Of a stretch of 64,000 nucleotides of DNA, positions 29,219 through 40,300 are shown piece by piece. The first letter of the stretch is position 1; each line of letters opens with the position of its first letter. The notes below the pieces were generated by a model. That model saw nothing but the letters and a program-made list of their open reading frames with translations, made no database searches and was not told the origin of the DNA. This DNA is from Bacteroidia bacterium (GTDB lineage Bacteria > Bacteroidota > Bacteroidia > NS11-12g > UBA9320): positions 320,001 to 384,000 of the forward strand of contig CBDCFW010000005.1 in NCBI GenBank assembly GCA_965216465.1. Direction: 5' to 3'. Made by a program: the position numbers and the translations under genes.

Positions 29219-30226
29219 ATGATAACACACGAATCATCTTTAGAAAACTTTGCAGAACAGTTTGATTATGTTTTAGGGCAATATACTGCTCACGATTTTA
29301 AGGCTGCTGATCTTGACCATATTGTTATGGGCGGTTTAGGAGGTAGCGGAATCGGTGCTCTAATTGCAAAAACTTATTTCTTCGACAAGTGCAGTTTACC
29401 CATTGAAGCTGTAGCTGATTACCATTTACCTAAATTCATCAACGAAAGGTCTTTGGTTATATTAAATTCTTATTCGGGCAACACTGAAGAAACACTAAAT
29501 ATGTTTGATGAAGCTATTGCTGCGAATTGCAAATTAATCATTATAACATCAGGAGGAGAGCTTGAAAAAAGAGCAAAAGAACACAATCTTAAAACTTATA
29601 TGCTAAAAACTGGGTATCAACCTAGAATGACCATAGGTATGGGTTTAAGCTTCTTGACCTTAATTATTGGAGACACTATTGGTGAAGATTATCGTTCAAC
29701 TATTCAAGAAATTAAAGACGGGTTCATTGAAAATCAGGTTAAACAAATTGACAGTGGTACACAAATCTATTCGTACTTCAAAAATTCAATTAAAAGCAAG
29801 TTTGTAATTGTTGCAGACCGTGAGTTTGCTCCAGTAGCTACTCGATTTACGCAGCAGCTCAACGAAAATTCAAAACTTGAAGGTTTTGTTAATGTGCTTC
29901 CGGAGGCAAACCACAACGTGATTGAAAGCTATACTGATCGATTGGATACAAACTTCATTATGCTTTATTCAGAGAACAATGCACGTGTTGTTGCTCGTTT
30001 TGATTTCATTATATCTCATCTTGAATTAGAGAATAACAAGGTTCTTCCTTTACAGATTCCTGAGTACACGCTTTACTCCATTTTCGATGTAATTTATCGC
30101 TTAGATTGGGTTAGTGTTTTACTTGCAAATGAATTAGGATCAAACCTTATGGAAGTTCCAATTATTACCAACCTAAAAGAATTCTTAAGTCAAATTGAGG
30201 AGGTTGAAGACGAATCAGAAGAATAA
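29219..30226 (+). CDS. SIS-domain bifunctional phosphoglucose/phosphomannose isomerase-like protein
   Basis: GLGGSGIG, SYSGNTEET, QPR, QLNENSK and PEANHN motifs. Start ATG 29219; the ORF-track extension overlaps the divergent gene. Confidence 0.82.
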   Translation: MITHESSLENFAEQFDYVLGQYTAHDFKAADLDHIVMGGLGGSGIGALIAKTYFFDKCSLPIEAVADYHLPKFINERSLVILNSYSGNTEETLNMFDEAIAANCKLIIITSGGELEKRAKEHNLKTYMLKTGYQPRMTIGMGLSFLTLIIGDTIGEDYRSTIQEIKDGFIENQVKQIDSGTQIYSYFKNSIKSKFVIVADREFAPVATRFTQQLNENSKLEGFVNVLPEANHNVIESYTDRLDTNFIMLYSENNARVVARFDFIISHLELENNKVLPLQIPEYTLYSIFDVIYRLDWVSVLLANELGSNLMEVPIITNLKEFLSQIEEVEDESEE

Positions 30227-30242
30227 AAAAAAACAGACTTAT

Positions 30243-30277
30243 AAAAAAAAGGTCTCGCCAATGCGAGACCTTTTTTT
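30243..30277. terminator. bidirectional intrinsic terminator
   Basis: A8-GGTCTCGC-CAAT-GCGAGACC-T7 between convergent genes. Confidence 0.9.
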
Positions 30278-30294
30278 ATGGATATAATTTTTGA

Positions 30295-33200
30295 TTATTT
30301 CTTTTTGAATCGTTTGATGTAGTCAACTACAATCGGAGTTGCAATACATACCGATGAGTACGTACCCACAGCAACACCTATCAACAGTGCAAATGTAAAT
30401 CCTGCAAGACCTTCACCTCCAAAGATGAATAAGATCAAGATTACAAGCAAAGTAGTTAACGATGTAATCAACGTTCTACTTAGTGTTGTATTGATCGCAC
30501 GGTTAATTACTGGTGCTACATCTTCATTTTGATTTCTTGTTAATCCTAAGAACTCTCTCACCCTATCGAATACAACCACCGTATCGTTAATCGAGTAACC
30601 AACTACGGTTAAGATTGCTGCGATAAATGCCTGGTCAATTGAAAGCTCAAATGGAAGCACTCCCCAAAGAATTGAGTAGAGCGAGAATACAATCATAACG
30701 TCGTGGAAGATTGCCATCGTCGCACCCAAACTAAATCCAACATTTCTAAATCGAGCGAGGATATATAAGAACATACCAATAATTGCGAATGCAATCGCAT
30801 AAGCAGATCGAGCTTTAATATCGGCTGCAATGGTAGGACCTACTTTGTTGGTCGACTTAATATTATCTTCTGTAAATCCGTAATCTTTAAAAGCATCGAT
30901 TACTGCAGCTTGAACTTTTTCAGCAGCCATTGAATCTTTACTTTCGATTTCATACGAAGTAGTTACTTTAAACTGGTTATTTGTTCCGTAAGTCTTAACC
31001 TCATTGTTTGCATCTTCTAATGCTGCATTAAGAGCATTACGAAGATCTCCACTTTTAACATCTTCTACTTCTACTACGTAACTCCATCCCCCCTTGAAAT
31101 CAACACCAAGAGAAACACCTCTTGTTGCAAGTGAGATGATACCAGCGGTAATAATAACACCTGAAATGATGTAGAATAACTTTCTTTTACCGATAAAGTC
31201 CCAATCAATTTGGTTCAATCGGATACCTAGTTTTTTAGAGAATCCAGTATAGAAAGAAGTCTCTCTGTTTTTAGCGATATCTCTGTCGATAAATAATCGA
31301 GTTAAGAAAATCGAAGTAAATAAAGAAGACAAAATACCGATCACTAAGATTACCGCAAATCCCATAACTGGTCCTTTACCAAGAACCCAAAGGATAATAC
31401 CAGCGATAATGGTCGTAATGTTCGCATCTATAATTGAAGAATATGCACCCGCATAACCTTCTTTAATTGCTGTTTTAAATGATTTACCTGCTTGTAACTC
31501 TTCCCTTACTCTCTCAAAGATAAGAACGTTCGCATCGACCGCCATACCAATGGTAAGTACAAGACCCGCCATACCAGGTAGTGTAAGTGCTGCATGCAAG
31601 CCTGCTAATACACCGATAATGAATACCAGGTTAGCTAATAAAGCTATATCAGCATAGAAACCTGCCTTACCGTAGTAAAGCATCATAAATATAATTACAA
31701 GAACAAATCCAACCGCAAGCGAGATAATACCTGCTCGAATCGAATCTTCACCTAAAGAAGCTCCAACTGTAGCTTCACCAGCAATTCTTACAGGAGCATC
31801 AAGCTTACCTGCTTTTAGAATGTTTGAAAGGTCAGCCGCTTCTTTTTGATCGAAGTTACCGGTAATAACTGAACTACCGTTTGGAATCTCACCTTGAACA
31901 CGTGGTGCACTGTATACTAGGTTGTCAAGTACAATCGCAACACACTCTTTTGGATTTGGTGTAGAAGCATCAGCTGTAATTCTCTTCCATGCCTTAGTTC
32001 CTTCTTGGTTCATGGTCATGCTTACAGCAAGTGTAAGGTCTTCTTGACGAGAAGGACGAGCATCCGAGATTACATCACCGGCCAATGCAGGCTCTCCGCT
32101 GATATTCGACTTCAACGCATACAATTGAATAAAGCTTGAACCGTTATCCATAATCATCGGCTTGAAACCGAATTTCCAAACCAAAGTAGATGGCCATATA
32201 GATTGAATCTTTTCGTTCTTTAGATAAGCACTAAATTGTGCAGTATCTTTAATAGCAATAACACCAACCATAGAAGCACCTTCCCAATTCTGAGAATTGT
32301 ATAGTGCTGGAGATGGAACAACTAAAGACGACACTGGAGCTTCAGCTCTAATTTCTTCGATAGATTTTTGAAGTGCAGGTGAGTCTGGATCGATAGAATC
32401 ATTTGCAGCTAAACTACCTCCTAACGAACCATCATCTAAGCTGCCATCGTCTGTAGAATCTACTGCAGTTTCTTCAACAACAGATGCTGATACCGTGGTG
32501 TCTTCCATTTGCTCTAAAGCATTTTCTCCAACAATAATCTTGTCAGCAGCCATTAAGAAATCATAGCCTTTGTAATCGTAGTACACATTCCAAAACTCAA
32601 GTTTCGCAGAACTTTGTAAGATTCTTCTCACACGCTCTGGATCATCAACACCTGGAAGTTCTACAAGAATTCTACCGTTGTCTAATCGTTGCAGATTTGG
32701 TTGTGCAACTCCAAACTTATCAATACGAGTACCGATAATTTCAAACGCATTACTTATGGCACTCTCACTTTCTTTTTTAAGGTAGTCGTAAATTTCTTCG
32801 TTGCTAGACTTATAACCGTTTGGCAAGTCGTTTTCCAATTCTTTTCGGTAGAAGATTGGCGCTAGTTTACCATCTGGCTTTACACTGCTGTATTTACTTG
32901 CAAGAAGATCAACGAAGTTTTGTTGTCCGTTATATGCTTCATTTGCTTGATTAAATGCTGTGTTAAATGATGGATCAGAAGTTTTTCCTGATAGGTTACG
33001 AATAACCGCTGGAGTTTCAACTTCTAAGGTAACGTTCATTCCTCCTTGAAGGTCAAGGCCAAGATTCAATTCGTTCTCTTTACATTCTTGGTAAGTGAAT
33101 TCAGCAATACCAAGATTATAAACATTCACTGGACCCATTGAATCCAAGTATGCTTTAGCAAACGAATCAGCAGCCAATGCATTATCTGGGTATAAGCTAT

Positions 33201-33318
33201 TAGCCGCTTCAACAGCATCTTTTTCAACTGAATTTGTTTTGAAGGTAAAAGACAATTGATAGATACTCGCTAACAGCAAGCAAATGGTTACAACCTGAAT
33301 AAATCCTTTATTGTTCAT
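30295..33318 (-). CDS. secDF: protein translocase subunit SecDF (fused)
   Basis: LGLDLQGG, GMAVDANVLIFER, GVDFKGG and GYSINDTVVVFDR motifs. Confidence 0.96.
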   Translation of the reverse strand: MNNKGFIQVVTICLLLASIYQLSFTFKTNSVEKDAVEAANSLYPDNALAADSFAKAYLDSMGPVNVYNLGIAEFTYQECKENELNLGLDLQGGMNVTLEVETPAVIRNLSGKTSDPSFNTAFNQANEAYNGQQNFVDLLASKYSSVKPDGKLAPIFYRKELENDLPNGYKSSNEEIYDYLKKESESAISNAFEIIGTRIDKFGVAQPNLQRLDNGRILVELPGVDDPERVRRILQSSAKLEFWNVYYDYKGYDFLMAADKIIVGENALEQMEDTTVSASVVEETAVDSTDDGSLDDGSLGGSLAANDSIDPDSPALQKSIEEIRAEAPVSSLVVPSPALYNSQNWEGASMVGVIAIKDTAQFSAYLKNEKIQSIWPSTLVWKFGFKPMIMDNGSSFIQLYALKSNISGEPALAGDVISDARPSRQEDLTLAVSMTMNQEGTKAWKRITADASTPNPKECVAIVLDNLVYSAPRVQGEIPNGSSVITGNFDQKEAADLSNILKAGKLDAPVRIAGEATVGASLGEDSIRAGIISLAVGFVLVIIFMMLYYGKAGFYADIALLANLVFIIGVLAGLHAALTLPGMAGLVLTIGMAVDANVLIFERVREELQAGKSFKTAIKEGYAGAYSSIIDANITTIIAGIILWVLGKGPVMGFAVILVIGILSSLFTSIFLTRLFIDRDIAKNRETSFYTGFSKKLGIRLNQIDWDFIGKRKLFYIISGVIITAGIISLATRGVSLGVDFKGGWSYVVEVEDVKSGDLRNALNAALEDANNEVKTYGTNNQFKVTTSYEIESKDSMAAEKVQAAVIDAFKDYGFTEDNIKSTNKVGPTIAADIKARSAYAIAFAIIGMFLYILARFRNVGFSLGATMAIFHDVMIVFSLYSILWGVLPFELSIDQAFIAAILTVVGYSINDTVVVFDRVREFLGLTRNQNEDVAPVINRAINTTLSRTLITSLTTLLVILILFIFGGEGLAGFTFALLIGVAVGTYSSVCIATPIVVDYIKRFKKK

Positions 33319-33362
33319 TATCTATATTATGAGTTTATATTTTGCAAAAATTTGAAAGGTCG

Positions 33363-33370
33363 CAAAAGTA
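33363..33370 (-). promoter_or_regulatory. -7 promoter element (TACTTTTG) for secDF
   Basis: TAnnTTTG match 44 nt upstream of the ATG. Confidence 0.6.
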
Positions 33371-33448
33371 TGCTTATTCGATTAACTTAGCAATTAATAT
33401 TTAACTGCTTTTTCAGCTATTTCAAGCTTGCTAGAGCAGCCAAATTTC

Positions 33449-34072
33449 CTATTGCATCAAAGTCTTAAGTTGAATTATTAAATCTCCAAGTTGTTTTTCG
33501 AAACTTAGGTTGTTAGAAATAAGTAAGTCTGCCGAAGATTTATGAGGATACAAGTATGCTTGGTAGGCCGGCAGCACATGATTTGTCCACTGATATCTTA
33601 CTTCAAGCTCGCTCATTCCGCGTTCCTTAACATCGCGGCTTAACCGACGCTGAAAAGCAATCTCTTCGGAAGTATCAATAAACCACTTATAGTCGTACAT
33701 TTTTCTCAAATAAGTATCGGCGAAGGCAAAAAGTCCTTCAATCATCACCACAGGTGCTGGTTCATAAACAATTTCCTTGGGGAAAACTGCTGGATTATTA
33801 AAGGTGTATTCTACTATTCTAACTGGCTTGCCGGCCATCAAACTTCGAATGTCTTTACGCAAACGTTTAAAATCTATCCCATTTGGGTGATCAAAATTAA
33901 TCTCACCCTGATCGTCGCGAATCTGTTCAGATAGTGCCTTATAATAATGATCTTGTGAAATGATACAAAGCTCTGATTCAGGAAACTCTTGCCTTAATCG
34001 ACTAACAAAAGTGGTTTTTCCAGAGGCACTGCCCCCGCCCAATCCAATTATTTTAACCGCAGCGCTTTGCAC
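33449..34072 (-). CDS. udk: uridine kinase family protein
   Basis: GGSASGKTT, SQDHYY, NFDHP, IEGL and RRLSRDVKERG motifs. Confidence 0.88.
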   Translation of the reverse strand: MQSAAVKIIGLGGGSASGKTTFVSRLRQEFPESELCIISQDHYYKALSEQIRDDQGEINFDHPNGIDFKRLRKDIRSLMAGKPVRIVEYTFNNPAVFPKEIVYEPAPVVMIEGLFAFADTYLRKMYDYKWFIDTSEEIAFQRRLSRDVKERGMSELEVRYQWTNHVLPAYQAYLYPHKSSADLLISNNLSFEKQLGDLIIQLKTLMQ

Positions 34073-34184
34073 CAGTCAAAAGTACATAATCCCTTTGATT
34101 TAATGGGTGTTATGGAGCTATCTCCATTCATTCATCTACCCCCAAACCCCGATAAACGAAGAACTAAACTCGATAAAAAACTTT

Positions 34185-34212
34185 GGAAACTTTTATGGAT
34201 TTAAAAGTTTCC
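34185..34212. promoter_or_regulatory. putative TetR operator (perfect 11-bp inverted repeat)
   Basis: GGAAACTTTTA-TGGATT-TAAAAGTTTCC immediately upstream of the tetR start. Confidence 0.72.
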
Positions 34213-34227
34213 GTGGTTTTATTTGCA

Positions 34228-34839
34228 GTGAATTTGGAAGAATATAATAAAATATTGAAGGGAGCTGGTCAATTGTTCTTTCGCATAGGAATAAAAAGCG
34301 CCAGCATGGATGATATCGCAAGAGAATTGGGCATCAGTAAAAAAACGATTTATAAGCACTTTGAAGATAAAAGGAGTTTGGTGCATTCGGTGCTTACTGC
34401 GAACATGAAAAGTGAACAGGAAGCATGTATTGACTGTTACAAGAACGAAGGCAATGCAGTTCAAACCATGATCGATGTTGCCAAATTTATCAGCAAGGCT
34501 CATAAAGATATGAACCCGGCTTTGCTATTCGATCTTAGAAAGTACTACCCTGAACTGTGGTCTAAGATGGATGCATTTCGCAGAGAATTTATTCATAATG
34601 CCATCCAGTCAAATATTGAAGAAGGTCAAAAAGAAGGTCTATTCAGAAAGAGTATTATTCCTGAAGTTGTTGCCACTTTATACATCAACACAGTTGCCGG
34701 AGTAATTGACTCATTATCTAATCCAAGAAACCAATACGATTTCAGTATTATACACAAACAAATGATCAGCTACCACTTATATGGTATCTGCTCTCCAAAA
34801 GGACAACATTATTTAGAACAACATATCAATGAAATATAA
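34228..34839 (+). CDS. TetR/AcrR family transcriptional regulator
   Basis: SMDDIARELGISKKTIYKHF HTH. Start is GTG 34228 or TTG 34234. Confidence 0.92.
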   Translation: MNLEEYNKILKGAGQLFFRIGIKSASMDDIARELGISKKTIYKHFEDKRSLVHSVLTANMKSEQEACIDCYKNEGNAVQTMIDVAKFISKAHKDMNPALLFDLRKYYPELWSKMDAFRREFIHNAIQSNIEEGQKEGLFRKSIIPEVVATLYINTVAGVIDSLSNPRNQYDFSIIHKQMISYHLYGICSPKGQHYLEQHINEI

Positions 34840-36172
34840 AATCCAAAAATCATTATTTGTTTTAACCCTCCTGGCTTGTATTCAACTTGCCAGTGGACAA
34901 ACGGAAACACTTAAGCTTAGTTTAGAACAAGCTCAAGAGTTAGCATTGAAACATAACTATGCACATCAAAATGCATTGTTAGACATCGACTACGCCAACT
35001 ATCAGGTTGACGAGATTAAAAGCATGGGACTTCCGCAGGTTTCTGCAAGTGGTTCTTTCGCACACACCTACGAAATTGCAACGCAGATTATTCCTGGAGA
35101 TTTTGCAGGAATGCCTGGTGAGACTATTCCTGTGCAATTTGGTGTTCCTTACAGTTTAAGTGGAACCGCAACTGTTAACCAGCTGTTGTTTGATGGCACA
35201 TTTTTCTTGGGGCTAAAAGCAGCTTCCGAATTTGTTAATGTGAACAAGCTTCTCGCTTCTAAGTCTGAGATTGATATTACAGAGGGGGTTATGAAGGCAT
35301 ATTACATGACCGTTATCTCAAAAAAGAATATCATTCAACTTGAAGAAAGTTTAAAAAACATTGAAAAACTTAAAGATGAGACTCAGGCAATGTACGATGA
35401 GGGTTTTGCAGAAAAATTAGACGTAGATCGTTTGATTTTATCGGCTTCGAATGTTCAACTATCTCTTAACAACCTAAAGAATCAAGCTTTATTGGCAGAG
35501 AAAATGCTATTGAATAGCATTGGGTTAGATGTAAACCAGTCTGTAGAGTTAACATCGTCGCTTCCTGAATTCTCTGAAGAAAACTTCTCGGAGAGTTATG
35601 GCTTGTTGACTGGAGCTCCTGAACGAATAGAATTCAAAATTCTTGAGCAGCAACAAGAGTTAAACTACCTCGATTTAAAAAGATACAAAGTAGGATATCT
35701 TCCTAGTATATATGGTATGGTGAATTACGGTACTAATTCGTTCGGAACACAAGACAACTTTGGAGAACTTGGAGATGAATGGTACCCCAACGGAATGTAT
35801 GCCTTTAGCTTAAACGTTCCAATTTTTGATGGTCTGCAGAAAAAAGCAAAAATGGATCAGGTTCGCGTTAAGATTGAACAAACTAAAAATTCGATTGCCC
35901 AACTCGAAAACGGAATTAACCTTGAAATTATTCAGGCACGAAACAACTACTCAGCAGCATATGAAGCCTTTAAATTACAAAAAAACAGCAAGGAATTGGC
36001 ACAGTCAATTTACAATACAACGTCTATTAAATTTAAAGAAGGAGTTGGTAGTAGCTTCGAAATGATCGACGCAGAAAACGAATTAACCAAAGCAAACACA
36101 AATTATTTAAATGCCCTGTATGAACTGAGTGTGGCTAAAATCAGTTTAGACAAAGCACTTGGAAAACTATAA
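34829..36172 (+). CDS. TolC family outer membrane efflux protein
   Basis: Signal peptide, LSLEQA..LAL, LPQVS and LNVPIFDG motifs; operon context. Confidence 0.9.
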   Translation: MKYKIQKSLFVLTLLACIQLASGQTETLKLSLEQAQELALKHNYAHQNALLDIDYANYQVDEIKSMGLPQVSASGSFAHTYEIATQIIPGDFAGMPGETIPVQFGVPYSLSGTATVNQLLFDGTFFLGLKAASEFVNVNKLLASKSEIDITEGVMKAYYMTVISKKNIIQLEESLKNIEKLKDETQAMYDEGFAEKLDVDRLILSASNVQLSLNNLKNQALLAEKMLLNSIGLDVNQSVELTSSLPEFSEENFSESYGLLTGAPERIEFKILEQQQELNYLDLKRYKVGYLPSIYGMVNYGTNSFGTQDNFGELGDEWYPNGMYAFSLNVPIFDGLQKKAKMDQVRVKIEQTKNSIAQLENGINLEIIQARNNYSAAYEAFKLQKNSKELAQSIYNTTSIKFKEGVGSSFEMIDAENELTKANTNYLNALYELSVAKISLDKALGKL

Positions 36173-36194
36173 ACCAATTAAAATCACACAACAA

Positions 36195-37340
36195 ATGAAA
36201 AAGATTATATATATCACCGCGGTAGTTGCAGTTGCTTTAGCTGCTTGTGGCGACAAACCAAAAACAGCTTTAGAGGCTAAAAAGGCCGAACTTGATTCGC
36301 TAAAAACGGAAATGGCAGATTTAAAAGCAAGCATTATTGCTGTTGAGAAAGAAATAGAAGAATTAGACACCTCTGCTCGCTCAAACGCAATTGCGGTAAT
36401 GGCTTCTGAAATTAAGAAGGGAAGCTTTAAGAATCCATTCCAAATGCAAGGATTAGTGGAGTCTGACAAGAACGTTTTAGTATCTCCTGAAGTTCCAGCC
36501 AATGTTACTAAAATTCACGTTAAAGAAGGACAACGTGTAGTACGAGGTCAGCTTATCGCCACCTTAGATGGCTCTGTAGCAGGTTCTCAAATAAGTGAAT
36601 TGGAAAACGCTTTAAGCTTAGCGAAAATCAACTTCGAAAAACAAGAGCGTTTATGGAAGCAAAATATTGGAAGCGAGATGCAATACCTCTCAGCTAAAAA
36701 TCAATATGAGAATCTACAAAAGAGCATTGCGACAGCTAAAACCCAATTGGGAAAATACACTTTAAGAGCTCCAATTACAGGAACTGTTGATGAGCTTATG
36801 GCAAATCCAGGCGAATTGGTTGGCGGTTTAACAAGCGGACCAGTTGCAAGAATTGTTGATCTGAGAGATATTAAAATTAAAGCAAATGTTTCTGAGAAGT
36901 ACTTAGGTCAGATTAAGAAAGGCCAAGAGGTTAGTGTTCACTATCCATCTATTGACTTAACTATGGATGAGCAAGTATTTGCTGTCGGAAATGTCATCGA
37001 CCCGGATAATAGAACATTTGTGGTTTATGTTAAGCCGACTAAAAATCTCGATCAGCTTAAACCTAACTTATTATCACTGGTTACAGCCTACGATTATGTA
37101 GATCCTAATGCGATAAGCATTCCAACCAAACTGGTAAGATTTGATGGGGAAAAACACTTTGTGTATACCATCAAGACAAATGGACAAAAAATGACTGTGG
37201 AGAAACGATTTATTGAGATCGACAAACAATTTCCAAGCGAAACAATTATTAAAGAGGGACTGCAGGAAGGTGATTTAATTATCACGGAAGGAGTGAACAG
37301 CGTAATTGTTGGAGATGAAGTGAAGATTGTTTCTGAATAA
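36195..37340 (+). CDS. RND efflux periplasmic adaptor (MFP) lipoprotein
   Basis: Lipobox LAAC; VKEGQRV.RGQ and RAPITG motifs. Start ATG 36195. Confidence 0.9.
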   Translation: MKKIIYITAVVAVALAACGDKPKTALEAKKAELDSLKTEMADLKASIIAVEKEIEELDTSARSNAIAVMASEIKKGSFKNPFQMQGLVESDKNVLVSPEVPANVTKIHVKEGQRVVRGQLIATLDGSVAGSQISELENALSLAKINFEKQERLWKQNIGSEMQYLSAKNQYENLQKSIATAKTQLGKYTLRAPITGTVDELMANPGELVGGLTSGPVARIVDLRDIKIKANVSEKYLGQIKKGQEVSVHYPSIDLTMDEQVFAVGNVIDPDNRTFVVYVKPTKNLDQLKPNLLSLVTAYDYVDPNAISIPTKLVRFDGEKHFVYTIKTNGQKMTVEKRFIEIDKQFPSETIIKEGLQEGDLIITEGVNSVIVGDEVKIVSE

Positions 37341-37357
37341 TCTTAATCCAAAACACC

Positions 37358-40300
37358 ATGAGTAAAATTAAAGAAATTATAAAAGAGTTTAAACTCTCAT
37401 CTTGGGCGGTAAAGAACAAGATTAGTGTTTATGTAATGGTCGGCATCATTGTAATCATTGGTATGAACAGCTACCAGTCGATGCCTAAGGAAAGTTTTCC
37501 GGAGATCAAACAACCCATCGTTTATGTAAACACTGCCTATCCGGGTAACTCTCCAATTGATATGGAGAATTTGGTTACCAGACCGATTGAGAAAGAATTA
37601 AACACACTTTCTGGACTTAAGAAACTTACCTCAACCAGTATACAAGATTTTTCGATCATTATTGCTGAGTTTGAGTTAAGTGTTCCTACGGATGAAGCTG
37701 CGTTAGACGTAAAGGATGCGATTGACAAGGCCAAAATGAACTTACCGAATGATTTGCCTGCAGATCCATCGGTAATGGAAATGGACTTTTCGGAGTTTCC
37801 GGTAATGAATGTTAACGTTTCAGGAGATTACAGCAACGACAAGCTAAAAGATTATGCCGAGTACCTGAAAGATGAGATGGAGAATATTACACAAGTATCT
37901 TCAGTTGATATTTCAGGACTTACTGAAGAAGAAGTTTCTGTAACAATCGACCGAGTTAAAATGGAAGCTTTAGAGCTTTCACTTAATGATGTTGAGCAAG
38001 CTATTTCTGGCGAAAACATCACGATGAGTGGTGGTGACATCAAGAGTATTGAAGGGTCTGATATTACGCGTAGAAATATTCGTATCGATGGAGAGTTTAA
38101 AGACTACCGCGATATAGAAAATGTAATTGTAAAGAATGAGTTCCAAAACATCGTTTATTTACGTGATATTGGTTCCGTTTCTTTTGGACCTAAGGAAGCA
38201 ACTAGCTATGCTCGATTGAATGGCAATCCAGTTGTTACACTAGACGTAAAAAAGAAAAGTGGAGGAAACCTAATTTTAGCAGCTGAACAGGTTCAGGCAA
38301 TTGTAGCCGATGCAAAGGCCAATGTATTCCCTAAAGACTTAGAAGTAGTTATAACGAACGACCAAAGTAAGATGACCAAAAACATGGTTACCAACTTGGA
38401 GAACAGTATCATTATGGGTGTTCTTCTTGTTGTGGGTGTTTTGATTTTCTTTTTAGGAGTTCGAAACTCAATGTTCGTAGGTATTGCAATTCCGTTATCG
38501 ATGTTGATGGGTATAGCCATCTTAAACTTTAGTGGTACAACCTTGAATATGATGGTATTATTCTCATTAATTCTTGCACTAGGTATGTTGGTTGATAATG
38601 GGATTGTAATTGTAGAGAATATCTATCGACTCTTCGCAGAAAAAGGCAAAGAGAAGGACCAAGCTTCGAAAGAAGGTACAGGAGAGGTTGCGACAGCAAT
38701 TATTGCTTCAACAGCGACAACGGTTGCCGCATTTGTTCCGTTAATATTCTGGCAAGATTTAATGGGTGAGTTCATGAAGTACTTGCCAATTACCTTGATT
38801 ATCGTATTGTCTTCTTCACTCTTTGTGGCTTTGGTAGTAAATCCTGTGTTAACATCGGATTGGATTAAGGTTGGAAACAAAGAACGATCTACTATCAATA
38901 AGTTTATTGCTCGAAACATTATACTGGCGATCATTGCAGTGCTATTGTATGTAGCAGGTTCTGGACTGTTAGGAGGATTATTTGTTGCCGCTATAATTCT
39001 ATCCATTGCAAACCGAATTTACTTAACTCCAGTCGGTAACTGGTTCATGAACAAGATTATGCCTAAGATTGAAAACAGGTATGCATCGTTTGTGAAGTAT
39101 GCACTGTCTGGATACAGACCGATATTTTTCTTCTTGGGAGTGATCGGAATGTTCATGTTGACCATGGTGATATTCCAAGTGAAACCACCACCAACCGTAT
39201 TCTTCCCAGAAAGTCAGCCGAACTATGTGAATGTTTTTATTGAAACACCATTGGGTACAGACATTGAAAAGACCAACGAGATTACCAAGAAGTTGGAAGC
39301 TCGTATTGCTCCAGTAATTGCAAAAGACAGCATAATCGTTGAAGCTGTTCTTGCTCAGGTTGGAGAAAAAACTTCTGACCCCAACGAGGGTCCTCAAAGT
39401 GGATCATCTCCTCATAAAGCAAGAATCACAGTTTCTTTCCATGAATATGAAAAACGCGTTTTCTTATCTGATGTATCGACAAGTGAGATTATGCAGAATA
39501 TCAAAGAGGCTGTTGATGACTTTCCTGAAGCCCAAGTGAGTATTGCCAAAGACAACATGGGACCACCAGCAGGTAAGCCAATTAATGTCGAGGTTAAAGG
39601 TGAAGATTATCTGACCTTGATCAAGGAGGTTGAGAAAATCAAAAAGAAGATGGAAGATGCCAATGTTGAAGGTGTTGACCAACTTAAAACAGATCTTGAG
39701 ATTGGAAAACCAATGCTTGAAATTTCGATTAATCAGGAAGCTGCCAGAAGATTTGGTCTAAGCACTATGCAAATTGCAGGGACAATTAGAACCGCTTTGC
39801 TTGGTAAGGAGATATCAAAGTATAAAGAAGGTGAAGACGACTATGAGATTCAACTTCGCTTTAAAGATGAATATAGATATAACCTGAGTAATCTGCTTAA
39901 CACCCGTATTACATTCCGTAATATGGCTTCAGGACAAATTAGCCAGGTTCCAATTTCTGCAGTTGCTAACGTTTCTTATAACAGTACCTACGGTTCTGTA
40001 AAAAGAAGAGATATGGATCGTGTGATTTCAATCTTCTCTGAGGTTGAAGAAAATGGAAACGCAAATGCCATTGTAGCGAAGTACAAAGAAGTACTTGCAG
40101 ATCACGAAACTGCATCAGGGTATGAGTTCAAGTTTACCGGAGAGCAAGAAGAACAAAGCGAATCGATTGACTTTTTAATGGGCGCAATGATGTTAGCGGT
40201 ATTCTTAATCTTCTTGATCATTGTAACTCAGTTTAACTCCATAGCAGGACCGTTTATCATTATGCTTTCAGTACTCTTCAGTACTATTGGGGTATTCTTA

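Noticed and set aside
32425-32460. Short DDGSL-DDGSL-GGSL repeat in SecDF
   Set aside because: Low-complexity linker in a variable periplasmic loop; no sign of a functional DNA repeat.
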